Positions 25,251 through 39,200 of a stretch of 64,000 bases of DNA are shown here, one piece after another (the stretch's first letter is position 1; each line of letters starts with the position of its first letter). Source of the stretch: Thalia democratica (Eukaryota); contig OZ241826.1 in assembly GCA_965202585.1 (NCBI GenBank), forward strand, positions 89,528,001-89,592,000. Direction: 5' to 3'. The notes under the pieces are model-generated. The model had not been told where the DNA came from, ran no database searches, and saw nothing but the letters and a program-made list of their open reading frames with translations. Position numbers and translations under genes: made by a program.

Positions 25251-28200
25251 CAATAAGTTGTAAGAGACATAATATAATATAATATAAGCAGTTTTATTCT
25301 TATAAATATTGAAACCTCAATTTTATATTATAAAATTTTTCTAGGTTTTATTAATAGATACATTCTACTTTTTTAAGATTTTACATGCTAAAATGGTCTA
25401 CAAAATAAAATCTTTAACATAAGATAAACGATTACACTCGAAACTTATCACCGAATAAGAACGATATAACTTAAATTTTTTACCTGTTTTTAGTTTAATT
25501 AGAAACATACTACTTTTTAGGCTACAGTAGTTCTAATTAAGTTCATATTTTCTATTTAATATCATACCACATCTATTTAACACAACTTTGAGTATTTGAA
25601 CTAAATTAAACAAGTTTTAAATTGTTTTTAAATGATAATTGAAGCTAATTTTTGTTAATAATATAATACTTTTTATTGCGTTAAAAATTACTCTTTTAGA
25701 TTTGACTATTCTGATTTCAACAATTCAAATTCTTTCAAATCAAAAAATTGAAGGATTAATAATACGAAATTGTCTAAAACTCTTATAAAACGTATATATT
25801 TAAACAATAGCTTTATAATTGTAAAAATCAATAATAAAGTATACTATAAAACAGCGATTTATCGTCTGTAAATATTTTCAACTATATCTTGATAATAATC
25901 TGGAATTAAAAAAACTTATATACCATACAGGATTTTTATTGTCGTAGTTGTTATAAATATTAGAAAAAAGGTTCAAATGAGATAATTCTGAAAAAAGAAC
26001 TTGAAGATAAAAATTACTAAAAGAGTTTAAATTATCGTTATTTTAATCGTAGTCCAGTGAACCCAAAATGCACTAAATTTATATTTGTTTGCAAAACTCT
26101 TCTCTAATATAGACTTGACTTATTTTAAGTACTATATATATATATATATAAACTTTAAGACTTTGTACTTCTATCTTTTAAAAAAGTTCTTTAAAATGGT
26201 TAGATAAAACGTGTCTAGTCTAGACAAACAAACTTCAATGAATTATAAGTACTATATTTGCTGAAGTAGTTAAGTTTATATCGTATTCGTCAATACTATG
26301 CATTACAATATCGGATACTATATTATTTAAATCTTAAAACTATTTAAGTTTTAAGCTATACAACTTTGTCATCTTAAAATACGAATTAAAAATTGTTCAC
26401 ACAACAAAATACGCACTTTCGCTTAGACATTCTTTGAAATTTTCTATCAGCTTGTCGAAGCTCGGCTGAAACTTCTTGAATCCATAGAAAAATGAGCTGA
26501 GAAAGTGACGGAAGGTTTCTAAAACCTGGTGCTTGAACTCGAACTTGTCGTTGAAAAACCTTCGGTAAAAATAGAAAAATTAAGTAACCAACAAGTGGTA
26601 TAACAACAATGTAATCATTTGCTTAAGTATGCAATTTAAAAATAGCACAAAATTGTGTAGATAGGTAACGTACTAAAGTAAAAAAATATTATAATAAACT
26701 ACCTCTTAAAGTCTTCGTCTTGTTTGGTGTCTGCATTGTTCCAAGGAAAACTGAAAATAAAATAGTAGGTTAAAAAATCTACTTATTAATTTTTCAAAGT
26801 TAAATTTATTTTAGTTTTTTTACTTACTTCTTTTACTTTTAAAGTGTTACAATACAAATTAAGTTGTGAGAACTAAAATTTCGGCACATCAGGATAAAAA
26901 AAAAGTTTTAAGGGGAAACATCTTAAAAAGTAAATTAAACTTTAAAAATATATTAATTAACCTATAAGGCTAATTATTGATAAGTTAATATTGAATGAAA
27001 AATTAGATAGTCTTTAAAAAATATATTAAAAGAAGAATGAAAAATTACAAATAACATTTTTAAAAATAACCAAACTTTAGTATACTAGAAAATTAATTTA
27101 AATAAGTTATTTTTAAGTTAATAAAAATGTAGGAGCCTGTACTGTTAGAAATTTATTTTTTCCTGTCCTTGTTTTAAAGTTACCTATGATTATATATTCC
27201 AGTTGTACTTTTGTCGAAGAAAATTTTATATTTACCTAAGAAGTAGTTAATATATTAATGCTTAAACTGAGTAAAGAGAATATTACGGTCAACGTTGTTG
27301 CCGAACTACAAAAGCAGAATACAGTAATCTTCCAGTTGAATAAATATTTTAAATAGCGCACAAAATTGCGTGTTCAACAAAAAAAACTGCGTTTCTGAAA
27401 TTTACGTACTCACCGGAACAATTACTGCAATTAATAAATTTTCAGGTTCATTGAAATGTTTCAAGAAAACTTTTGTGCAAAATCTTTTGTAGGCATTTTA
27501 TTATTATAAGTCGTTAGTAAACACATTCAAAATTTTGAACATTGAAGTAAGATTTAGAAAGTATGTATAGTTAAAAAATTAGCGTTAATTCTATCGTAAC
27601 ATTTTCAAGGAAAAATAAAAAAACTGAAAAAAAAATATTTTTGTAGAACGGTCTGGTAATGTACTCATCAGCACAAAAACACCAAATTAGCTCGATAAAT
27701 TATAAAACTCAGTTCATGTACAGGATGTAGTAAACGCAGATTCCGAGCGACCACATCCTCATGGCTTTTTTCATCTCGCCAGCTTTACCGATTGATAAAA
27801 ACTCGGCTTCCGAATAACACCAGCTGTACCTAGTTGGTCTCTCACTTTCTTCAATGTTTCCCATCTTCATCTTCAACCTAGAAAAAAAAAATTCAAGTTC
27901 GTAAAGGCGCTACTAATTAAACTATATAAACCATGTCATTCATTTCTAATTATTAGAATATGTGACTAGTGAGTTATGTAGCTAATCACTTTATGATAGA
28001 AACTAAAATAACATTTAGAACCAATTTAAAGTAGTTTTTTGAGATGATTTTTTTTGCCACACTGAATAACAAGCACAAACATGTTGTTCCGATCTACGAT
28101 CAGTCCTTCCACAATCGCTTGCTTATCCTTGTCCCCCAAACTTGCTTCGTGCTTCTTATGGTAATCTCTCACTTGTTCTATAACCTGCAGGATCCAACAC

Positions 28201-28996
28201 AGTTTTTGTTTTGCATCTGAGCGTTGAAGTGTATTTTTAGAACATTTTTAAACATATCTTTTGTTTACCTAGTAACCCTTGTCAACGCGTTTACAAACGA
28301 ATAGTTATGTCATGGTTAACAATTTATTAACTGCTTCATATATAAATATAGCAGTAAAAAAAAAACAATGTCTAACTAATGTTTGATAATCATGAAATTA
28401 GTAAACTACAGTATTCATAATTTATTTTCTACAGATTGCAAAAAAAATTTTTGAATAATTTTGCAATAATTTCTGGTCTTTTATTTGTAACACTATTTTT
28501 GGACTTAACTTTGAATTCATTATAAAATTCTTACCAAATCTGCTAGCTATATAAAAAGTCACAAAATTTTAACAATAATCTACAGTTTTCATTCATTAAT
28601 TCATTGTTTACTCTTTCAACTTGGTTGCTTATAAAATGTTGATTTGTAATTATAAAATTTCTACACTTTTCAGAATCATACGTATATATTTAAGCTTCAA
28701 AAATTATATTTTAAATGATAAAAAATTATTTGTAGAGTACATACACTTCGAACAAAATACACCTGTTGAAACATATTTTTGACTTTACGAAATATAATTA
28801 AAACAGCAATTGAGCTAATGTACTTAATATTAAATAAGAATCCTACTTAACTTACCTAATTAAAATTGCTTACATAGTTTTTTATTTCTTTAAAACAAAT
28901 TTTTTAAAAAATAAAACAATGTTCACCTGCAATTTTTAGGTGAGTTTTAATAGGCAAAAATCCACCATTTATGTGATTAAAACGGTTAACTTCCAT
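23658..28996 (-). pseudogene. Kinase-C-lobe/orphan-domain gene, copy 2; intact frames but the exon-3 donor is mutated GT>CT (possible pseudogene)
   Basis: Exons 28996-28927, 28216-28081, 27877-27713, 26750-26703, 26559-26417, 25222-23658. After exon 3 the minus strand reads ATGAA|CTGAGT, whereas copies 1 and 3 read ATGAA|GTGAGT. Read-through gives AAC TGA. The terminal exon is fully open. Confidence 0.65.
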
Positions 28997-30562
28997 AATT
29001 AGCTCTTGTAAACTATCCTGGTGCTTGTGCAAAATATTTTTAGATTAGGGAGTTTTTAGATAAATTCTTCTGTACAAAATGATTTTTTTTACTAATAAAA
29101 CGTTACATCAGTAGTTTTATTTGATTAATTTAAGTACTGGTTGTACTGTATTTATAATTTGCATTGATTAGTTATCACTAGAATAATTTATCACTGTTGC
29201 AATAAGTAGAGTGACAAAGTATTAAAAAAACACACTACTCTAAAGGGAAAGTTAGTACAGAATATTATCTTTTTTTTTTTAATGTAATGGATAATACTGA
29301 ATAAAAAAATTTTAAACGATTGTAATAAATAAATTAAATTTGTTTACAATGATATCCAATACTTTTTACAGGAAACATTACATTTGTAACTTTTATCATA
29401 TCTTATATAAAAAAAAACCTATAGTTAATAAAAATCATTAGTTTTCCTATAATAGTAGTAATAAATCTTTTTTCAGAGATACAGTTGTAGTCTTTAATGT
29501 AACCAAAAAGAAAAAAGGAACTAGCAAATCAAAAATAGTTTCGTTAAAGTCTCTCTTCTTAAAATGCGATAGAATAAAAGAATGTAAAATTCTAGCTTTT
29601 AGCAAAATATGTAATATTAACTTCTGAAGTTAAAAAAGAAGTAGGCTTTTTATGAAAACTTAATCTTAAACAAAACTAAACAGTCTTGTTTTAAAAATTC
29701 AAACAAAAACAAATAAAGTTTAAGGTCAGAAGTATTATAGGCACTTGGTGGGATATAAAATTCAAACTAACTGTGCTTTTTGTAACTAATTTGAAACGAT
29801 ACTATATATATATATATATATAAGCTTCAAGAAAAAATACACTAAAAGTACAATCAAAGCAAAATAAATGTAATAGTTTTATATGCTAAAATTACGAATG
29901 TTAGTTAACTTATACTTAATCTAAAGTTAAGCAAAATTAAAATACAAAAATATGAAAATTCCATTAGTTTTATTTAATAGTTTGTCTTGACCAATTTCAA
30001 CATCCTTCAACTACACAATGATTTCAAACAAGCCTTTATAATAGTATAACATGTTGCATCAGCCAACTGTTTGTAATTAAATTTAAGAAGTTTATTGTTG
30101 TAGGTATTACTTAGTGGAATTAATTCATCATAATTTTTTAGCAGCATTATCATATAAGTAGTAAAAAATGTAATCTTAATAATAATAATCTCAAATTAAA
30201 TTTTCACTGTTTAAACTTATTGTTTTATTAGGAAGTGACATTTGTAAATTAACTTTATAAGTTTAAATTAATTACAAGAGTTTATATTAGAAGATAAAGT
30301 ATTGTAATTGATTAAGTTTTCTAAGGTTCACTTTATTTAATAGTAATTACTTTTTCAGAGATTTATAAAGTTAAAAATCGTTGGTAAATAGGCATAAAAG
30401 TTTAAAGGTTTTACTTTTTCAGTAAAGTTTAGTAAAACTATCATTAAAAAACAAATTTAAACAAGAGTCTTTAAAAGTTCTAAAGTTATTTTTGGTAATT
30501 GTTAGTTTTAAAAGTAATTTTAAAACCTATTCGCCAAAAATTATTACTTTACTAAAATCACT
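25156..30562. repeat. Segmental duplication block B copy (matches 1-5401)
   Basis: Colinear with the window start. Ends at the ATCACT microhomology (30557-30562). Confidence 0.95.
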
Positions 30563-33500
30563 GCACTAAGTTTACAAAAATATATTGTCAATCTTGGTAA
30601 AATAAATAATATTTAAAGTTTTATATGTTAGTTTGTACCAAGTTGCAAAAAACTATTTAACTAGCTTGCTTCTTAAAATGTAAAACTAGATTTCATTTCA
30701 ACGTTTTCCAGGAACAAAAGTTTGAAGAAAAAGCTAAGTCTAAAGGTAGTCGACCCAAAAACACTACTAACAGTAACATCACCATTCAAGACCAAAATCA
30801 ACTTGGTTCAACAAGTTCTTTTTGCGTGAACAACAATTTTATGTCATATGGTAAAACTATAACTTCTCTACAGTTAAGTGAAAATTATGTAAGTCCCAAA
30901 ATAAATAATTCCACGAGTAAATAAATATCAAGCTTTAAGTTTAAACTGTATGTACTGATGTAACTTTTTTTAAATGACTATAATAAGTGAAGTAAACAGT
31001 ATTAATCTGAATAACTTTTTGCTTTTTTATGACATAAGTTCTTTTGTTTTACGTACTTTATCCCACAAGACAAAGCTAAATAAAGAATTAACATATAATG
31101 TAATAAGCTGTTGATTTACAGAGTTTCAATAGCCCGTTACCATCAGGCATTTCTAACAGTAAAGGAGATGCTGATTTTGTACAATCTGTTGAGAAAAAGT
31201 CTGTTTTGAAGACAAACCCGTTCGTCATAAAATGGTTGGTAAATAATGTCGAATACAAAAAAGATGAACTTTTAGGCAGACGTTTTTTATACGAAGACTA
31301 CATAGAACATTGCAGAAATCAACTAATCAAGCCAGTAAGTGATGGAATATTTGGGAAACATGTCAATTATTTATTTCCCAACAGAGGTACAAGAAGATTA
31401 GGAAAAAGGTAATTATATCTTTATAGACAAACTATATTGTACTTTAACTGCAATATTTGCTTACAATATTTAAAATATTATAAAAGTCAGTCTAGTATGA
31501 AAAATGTATTAAATTTGTTCTTAAAGTGTAAAAAACCCTTACATTATACTTACCTCTGTTTTTACCTGAAACTTTGTTTTATCAGCATTTTCTGCTTACA
31601 TATTTAATTGAGTTGTTTTGAATTATCACAAACACATAGTCTAGGATATAATGCTTTTTTTTTTACTTAAAATTTTTTTTCACTTAGTCACCTTAAACTG
31701 TTTTCAATATAAATAAAACTTTAAATTAAATCTTAACTTTAGGGGTGCGTCGGTTTCTTACCACGTTGGTTTAAAAATTAAAAGAAACTCACCAGAAAAC
31801 AACAAAAAGAAAAACGAAGCTCGCAGTCATTCAGCTATGGTAGAACGTAAAATCACTACTAGCATAGAGTTGCAAGACAATACTTCAGGTTAGTGTTTAA
31901 ACATTAGTTGAATACGTATGAAATGACAAGAAAATATAAACTGTTTTTAAAAATAATTACATTTGAAATAAAAAATATAAGTTGTAAAATATTTAATTTC
32001 ATAAAATAATAAAAATGATCTTTAGTAATTAATTTATTTTAACCACAGTAAACGATTCTCTGAAAGAAAATTTTACGAAACAAGCCAAAAAGAGCATGTT
32101 CACTCTGGTAAAAAAATGCTTTTTGAGAATAACATACCTACATTGTGAGCACGAAATAACTTGATAAAGACAAGGAATGCCTAATTTTTACTGTTTTTAT
32201 TTTACTTTTTGCTCTATTTGTTTTCATTTTACGAGTTTTAACAATGTAAGCAAACTTTAGACACGTGATATTCTTCTTTTTACTAAACCGAATAAAATTT
32301 GACACTGCAAGTAAACATTATTTTTCGAAAATGGTCCAAAATAAAACGTAATATATCAAAGTGTTTTTTGTTTTTGTATAACTTTTGTACCATTGTTTAG
32401 CAAAGAGGTTTTTATTTCATAACGTACTAAATAAAGATTAAAAACAACTTTTGATTTTATGATACGTTTGTTCTGTTTTTTTTTTTGAAATCTGCTTTTC
32501 TTAATAAACTATATTGTATACTATATATATTATAATATAACTAAACTACAAAACAACATATACAATGTTGACATAAAATATTTAGGTTGATGTTCACTTA
32601 AGAGTATATTTTTCATCAGCTACTTAGTTTGGTTAAACAAAAAGCTTGAATTTTAACTTCTACAAGATAAGCTAAAATAAAGCTTTATATTTTTAAATAC
32701 AAACAGAAAAAAAATCTGTTGTAAAAGTCATTTAAACACTCTTTACAAACTTTTAATTTAACATTAACTTAAATAAATCCAGAAAAAAAATGATTTTTAA
32801 ATACAAATTCCGATGCTCACTTTTCAGTTATCGTAGGCTATCAGAGCAAAAACTAAAGTAAAGTTTCACAAAACTGTTATTATAAATATACTAAAATTTA
32901 TATTAGAATTGTACAAAAAACTCAAACCCTTAATCAACAATGTTAGGTTAATTAAAATGTGCAACCTATTTGTAAACAAAACTACCTTATCTAGTTTTTA
33001 ATTGTTTAAAACGCAACTTTGTTTTTTAAATTATTATTTTAAAAATTATATTGAAATTAAAAATTAAAAAACCTTAGTAAATTTATCTATCTATTTTTAT
33101 AAAACTTTTATAAGGCCCATATAATTGACAACACGTGAGGAGTCTAAGGTTCTAGATAAACCACTATACGAGTTAAAAAAATTGACACCAAGTAAAAAAA
33201 ATACATTGGTATTTTTATGCGAGCTTTTTGCTGAAACTTGGTCACCCATAAATTGATATCTACAAAAATACTTGCCTTTTATATTGTACCCATATCCATA
33301 TATTACTGGTCACAAAAGTCAAAAAATAGTTTAAGTAATAACTGATAACTTTGAACCTTATACATTATACTATGAAACAGTAATCAAAACTACAAATACA
33401 ATAAGTAAAACTACGATGATCATAAACATATAAAAGCTTCAGAAAGTTTATTTTCAAGCTTAATATGAGCACAAAACCCAGTAAATGTTTTATACTTAAG

Positions 33501-36230
33501 CTCTAAAATTGTTAAGTTCGTTGAAATAAACTTCTTGTTCTGTTAATACAACGTAAATGCACTTCCTTTATTGTAAATTAACACTTTAAACTGTAATTCA
33601 TAAATTGTTTAGTTGGTTAAAAACATCTTTTGTTTTCTGAAAGCTTCTGATAAAAATATTGGTATAGTGTTTTCATATTAATTTAATTATTTTTAGTTAC
33701 TAAAAATATTCTTAAAGCCTTTGTAAAAAACGGCTATCAATAAGAAAAAAAGAACTAAATAAACTTTAAAATGCAGACTGACTTTAATTTGGTATAATAT
33801 TTGGTTTTAAATTAGTTACCATATTTGTTGTATTTGAACATGTATGTAGATATAAGTTATTAATTTTAGTTAATATAAATCCTAGTTTGAACATATCACA
33901 CAAAAATAAATTGAAAAAAAGTTTAATTTAAATGTTAATTAATTTACCTTTACTCAACTTTTTAAAACCAAGAGTAAAGGTTTAAGTTAAGATATGACTT
34001 AAAACCATATAAGTTAAAATACTTTACTAGACTGAAAGCAGAAAAAATAAATCTAAAGTCCTTGTGTAGATTTTATTTAACTATTGAACATATATTTTAG
34101 ATATTAAAAAATAACTAACATTAACAAAACTGTGCTTTAAACTTTTGCTGCATAAAATACCAGCTACTTATTAAAATTTCTATGTATCTTATAAAAAGTA
34201 AAAAGAATTAAATACCATCATGTTTGCACATTAGCCTTTTAAAAAATAACATGTAAGTACAGATGACATTTTTCGAAAGCGTTACAAAATTAACAAATAA
34301 TTATTTATGTTTAGCACCAAGTTTTAAACCCTGGATGTTTTATTCAATTTTTAATAAAAATATTTTATTATAATCTAACTATATATTTTGAATTTTAGAC
34401 CATCTCAGCATGAATATCAAAACTAAATTTTCAACCAAAGTATTTTTATTTATATAAACTTTTCGAATATCTTTCAAAATTTATATTGTAGCTATAATTA
34501 AAATTGTAAAGTGTCACCCGTGCATAATAATCACTAGTTCAAAATAGGAGCTTGTGAATTTCTTACTCGTAAATATACAAACACTTATCGCAACAAATAA
34601 AAAAAAACAACAATGTTTCATATATCACATGAAAAGCCTCCGGTACGATTCCTCGAGCTCCGTGTCTTCGTGCAACGGTTGAACCCAAAAGTCTTCTTCG
34701 CCAGGAGCGCATTTTTCCGGATACTTCAATGTTCGCCTAACATCGTTGCCCCTCCTAGAATTGTTTCTCGTTCTTTTGTTCCGCCCGTGTTTTCCATCAG
34801 ACTTCCTCGGCGTCTTCGGTTTGCGCTTGTTGCGCCTTTTCACATCAGTGAAACCGTCGTCCTCGCGCGGCGGAAGGTTCACCTTGCAGATTTCGGCCAC
34901 GGTGTCGCTCCTCTTCACTCTCTCGATCTCCTCCAGCATGTTGTTGCGCAGCTCTTCGTTCCTCCTGAAAGGCAGGCACGTGTCGACGCATTCGCGCAAG
35001 TGCTCCATCACCCTCCCGTACATGTCGACTTTCTCCGTCATCCACGACAGCGCGCCCTTGTGGCAGAGCATTTGGCGCACGTAGGAAAGCTTGTTTGCTT
35101 GCTCACGCGGAACGGCGTCTTCGGCGACGATGCAGGTTTTTGCGAAGTTCAGCAGCCTGTACGCGTCCACTTTCTTTTCTACGGAGGTTTCAAATCTCTC
35201 GTTTATTACTTCGTAAACGCCGCACAACTGTTGCGCACAGTAGAAAGTAAACTTGTGTTTTCCACCGATAGCCCTGCTCACTTTACCAGGAAACTTGGAG
35301 ATATCGAGTTCCGCGTTCAACAGCCTGTTCCAGTAAGTGTTGGCCAGCATATATTCTTTTTCTCCGAATTTCACTTTGCAATAATCTCCTTCGCCACAAC
35401 CCGGATCGCAATCGTAGTCGCACTGACTGTATTTTAAATATTCGTAAGTATAACTGTAGAACATGTAGCACCACTTATCAACCATTATAGCTTTTTTTGT
35501 CAGTTTTTCGTCGCTGTGTGCCACCTCGTAAGTTTTACCTCTGACCTCGTTCAAAGCGTGTTCGAGGCTCTTCTCACCGCGCACTGCTCCGTATTCTTCC
35601 GGGTCCGCACCCTTCAGTTCTTCTACGATCTCGTGCACGAGCATCAGCATCGAAGTTTTGATGTACGGAGCTATTTTCTTCATAAAAAGTGCGAATATGT
35701 TGTGCACTCTCATCAGCCTTTTAGTGCCTTCTAATTTCTGTTCCTCAATATCATTCTTGTACATGGGTTCAGGATCTTTGTCTAAATCAGTTCGTTCACC
35801 TTTAAAGGATTCAGGTTTTTTCTCAAATTTTTCTTCAAGCGTTTCCAACCTTTGCCGTTCAAGCGAGTTAAGTTTATCTCTACCGATTCGTTTAAGACCT
35901 TCATACTCTTCATAATCTGTGACATAAGTCATACTGTGATTTATATTGACATTGTTAGCATCAAGCTTATTAAGAGGCTTCCTTTGCACGTTGGGTTGCT
36001 TCAAGCGGTCCAGATCACTAATGCCATCATACAAATCTCTTTTATCACTTGTTTGATGTTTGAATTTTTGACGGTGGGTGTTTTTATGTCTAAAACTTAT
36101 GTTTATATTTTGACCTCGAGATTTATTTAGATGATGCTTTCCGTGATGTTTGTTTGCTATTTCAATACTAGGTTTGTGGTTAGGATCAATTTTTAATGCT
36201 TGAACTTCGTTCCATCCCCCTACAAAGTTA
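30557..36230. repeat. Segmental duplication block A copy (matches 19589-25250)
   Basis: Starts at ATCACTgcactaagtttac and is colinear with block A. Confidence 0.95.
30712..32164 (+). pseudogene. RFX: 5'-truncated RFX copy with an intact DBD and a 1-bp deletion in the last exon
   Basis: Only the last four exons were duplicated (first starts at 30712), with splice sites intact. CTG AAA AGA AAA has become CTG AAA GAA AAT, so the tail is frameshifted and stops at 32162-32164. Confidence 0.75.
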
Positions 36231-39200
36231 GAAATTTCTTAATAAATCTGATAATCTTTGATAAAAAGTGATAAAAATCTTAAATAAGAACTACGTGTAA
36301 AATTTAGAAATTTTATAAAATTAAACGTAGATATTTTGTAACTGGTTAAAATTGAAAGTTGGTATTTAGTTAATACTTTTGCTGAATAAGTTTTATTTAT
36401 CATTGTATATTATACTGTAAATAGATAAATATATGCTACACCAATTTATTAGTAAAGCTTTAGAATATGTTAACCTATGATATTTAAAGTTTATCACTAT
36501 TAAAGATTGACTACAGAAAACAAGTAATTGTTTTAGGTTAAATAGCTATAGCTACATTCATACTTTCTTGATAAAATTTGCTACACCTACTAATACCAAA
36601 CTTCAAAAAACACAACATATTTATACTTAATTATATTTCTAAAGTAATATTTTAGTTAAAACTTGTGTTACAGTGTTTATCGAAAGTAATTCCAAAAGAT
36701 AATAACTTTAATATAAATTTGTAAAAACAAACCATAAGGTCTGAAACCAGGCTTTCTGAAACTTTTATTTTAACGCTTTAATAAACTAAATAAGCTATTC
36801 CTTTTTCTTAAGAACACTGCGCGCAATCTTTTTTGTAGTTAACTGTTAAATGACTAACAATGTTGTGTCATTGCGTCACCCCACTATCTACATTTGTGGA
36901 AAATATTAACATGCAGAGCTAATTTTAAAGCTGTTTGATTAAACTTATGCTTCTCAAGAGGTTTTTAAATTTTTAAACATAGTTATCAAATTTCAAAAGT
37001 GTTTTATAAATTTAAAAAAAAATATTATTCTAGCTGTATTTAGGTTTGTACAGTTAAATTGAAGTTTTTCTTGGTTTTTTAAACCAATTGCCAAGAAGTA
37101 TAAGTAGTACAACTGATTAAGTGTTGCACACAAAAAATTACACTTATGACCATTAAGGTTAGAAAATATCTGTTTTGGTTACGAAACGTCTTTACTGCTA
37201 TTTAGGACCTAATGTTTAAGAAACTTAGTATATTTAAAAACAGTGTGTTTTAAATAGTGATATACCGGACACGGATCCGGAATTTTTTTTCAAACTAAGA
37301 TCCGGCCGGAACCAGATCCAGATATTTTTTTCATATCAAGATCCTGCCGGATCCGAATGTCAGACAAAAATGGCAATATGGGACCGGATCCGGACCCGGA
37401 CCTTAAAAAACTTTATAAAAAATTAAACTAGCCCGAGACAGCCTAAGATTTTTTAACGAGCAGGGTTGTCACTGTTTAAGTCAAAAAAAAAATAGCTAGA
37501 GTAAATATAAACTAGCCTGAGTCAGAATGAAGTTTTTAAAAACTAAAAAAATACTTTAATCTAATAATAAGAAGAACAGCTAGCCGTAAGGTTGACTATT
37601 TGGTAATAAAATTTTTAATTTTACAATATAGGTATAGAGTTGCATTTCTGAATTGTTTATTTCATATTTTAAATGTAAACAAATGTAAGTTAGTCACGTG
37701 TACAAAATGAGCCAATCACGGTAAGAGTTTAATATTAGCTGACGAAAATGACTCTTTTTAATTTACACAGGGTTTGTTTTTGAAAAAATACTTTTCTTTA
37801 TGCTCTTTTTTACTAAGTAGATCCGAATCGGCCGGATCTCTGTTAGAATCCGGCCGGAACTGGATCCGAACTTTTTTTTTAAATTATGATCCGGCTGGAA
37901 CCGGACCCGGATCTTTTTTTTAACTCGAGATCCGGCCGGAACCGGATCCGGATCTTTTTTTAAATCGAGTTCCGGCCGGAGCCGGATCAGAATCTTTTTT
38001 TTATATCAAGATCCGGCCGGATCCGGATATCAGACAAAAATGGCAATATCCGGCCGGATTCGGGCCCGGATAGTGAGTCCGGTACATCATTATTTTTAAA
38101 TTTAGTATTGGTCTAACTTAGCGTAACTAAATCAATTTCTTTACTAAACACATGACAACTTAAGCATAGGTAACATATTTAAATTAACTTAGTTTTAAAC
38201 AAATACAACTTAAAAAAATTAAAGTACAACATCGAAATCAAAAACATAACATACGAACTTTCACTAAGACATCCTTTAAAATTTTCTATCAGCTTTTCAA
38301 AACTCGGTTTGAAGTCCTCAAATCGAGAAAAGAACGAACTGAGAAAATGGTTGAAGGTTTTCAGAACCGATACGTGCTTGAACTTTAAGTTGTCGTTGAC
38401 AAATCTGAATTTATATACAATTAAAAAATATGTAAAGCCAATAAGTTTCTTATACAACACAGAAATTTTTGGCTGGATTACGTTGTTTGAACCCAGAACA
38501 AAAGTGAGTAGCAAAGAAAACGACTTAAATAAAAAACCTCTTGAAGTTTTCGTCTTCTTCAGTGTCTGCCGTGCTCCATGGATAACTGTAAATAACAATA
38601 TAAATTGATATAGAGTCTTATTTAATAAAGTAATGTACATCTTGAGAGCGTTAAGTTTTTTATAATGCTTATGGAAAAAATAAAAAGTTGACTGTGATAT
38701 CACTATACTAATTTATCTTTGCTTCGATAATTTTTGGTTGTAACATAAGATTGCTGACTACTAACTACTACAATTCTAAGTGCTTACATTAGAGAATGAT
38801 TTTTTTTTTCAAAAACTTAGTTGAAACAGGCTAAAACTTGATAGCAAAAAACTTCATGGTTATTGTTGTGTTAGTAAAATGTTGAACGCTAAATCGTTAT
38901 GTAAACAGTAAAACTGTTGTACTTGCTTAATTTGTTTTAATATTCACAGTATATCTATACCGAGTTAAAACACTTAACTTATTATTTAAAATTTGAAAGT
39001 ATTGAATGTCGAACAACTATTGTAATTTATAAATTAACATTTTGACAAAAAAAAAACATTAATAAGAAGACTGGTCAGTCAAAAATCAGTTTTCAAATCA
39101 GCTCGACAAACGTGTCTCATTCCAAAACTCACTTCATGTTCAGGATGTAGTAAACGCACACTCCGAGCGACCACGTGTTCTTGAAACTCGACAGCTTACG

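Noticed and set aside
37255-38092. GC-rich palindromic repeat array resembling a CRISPR array or REP cluster
   Set aside because: There are no unique spacers of regular length and the context is eukaryotic. It is bounded by TIRs and an 8-bp TSD, so these are MITE subterminal repeats.
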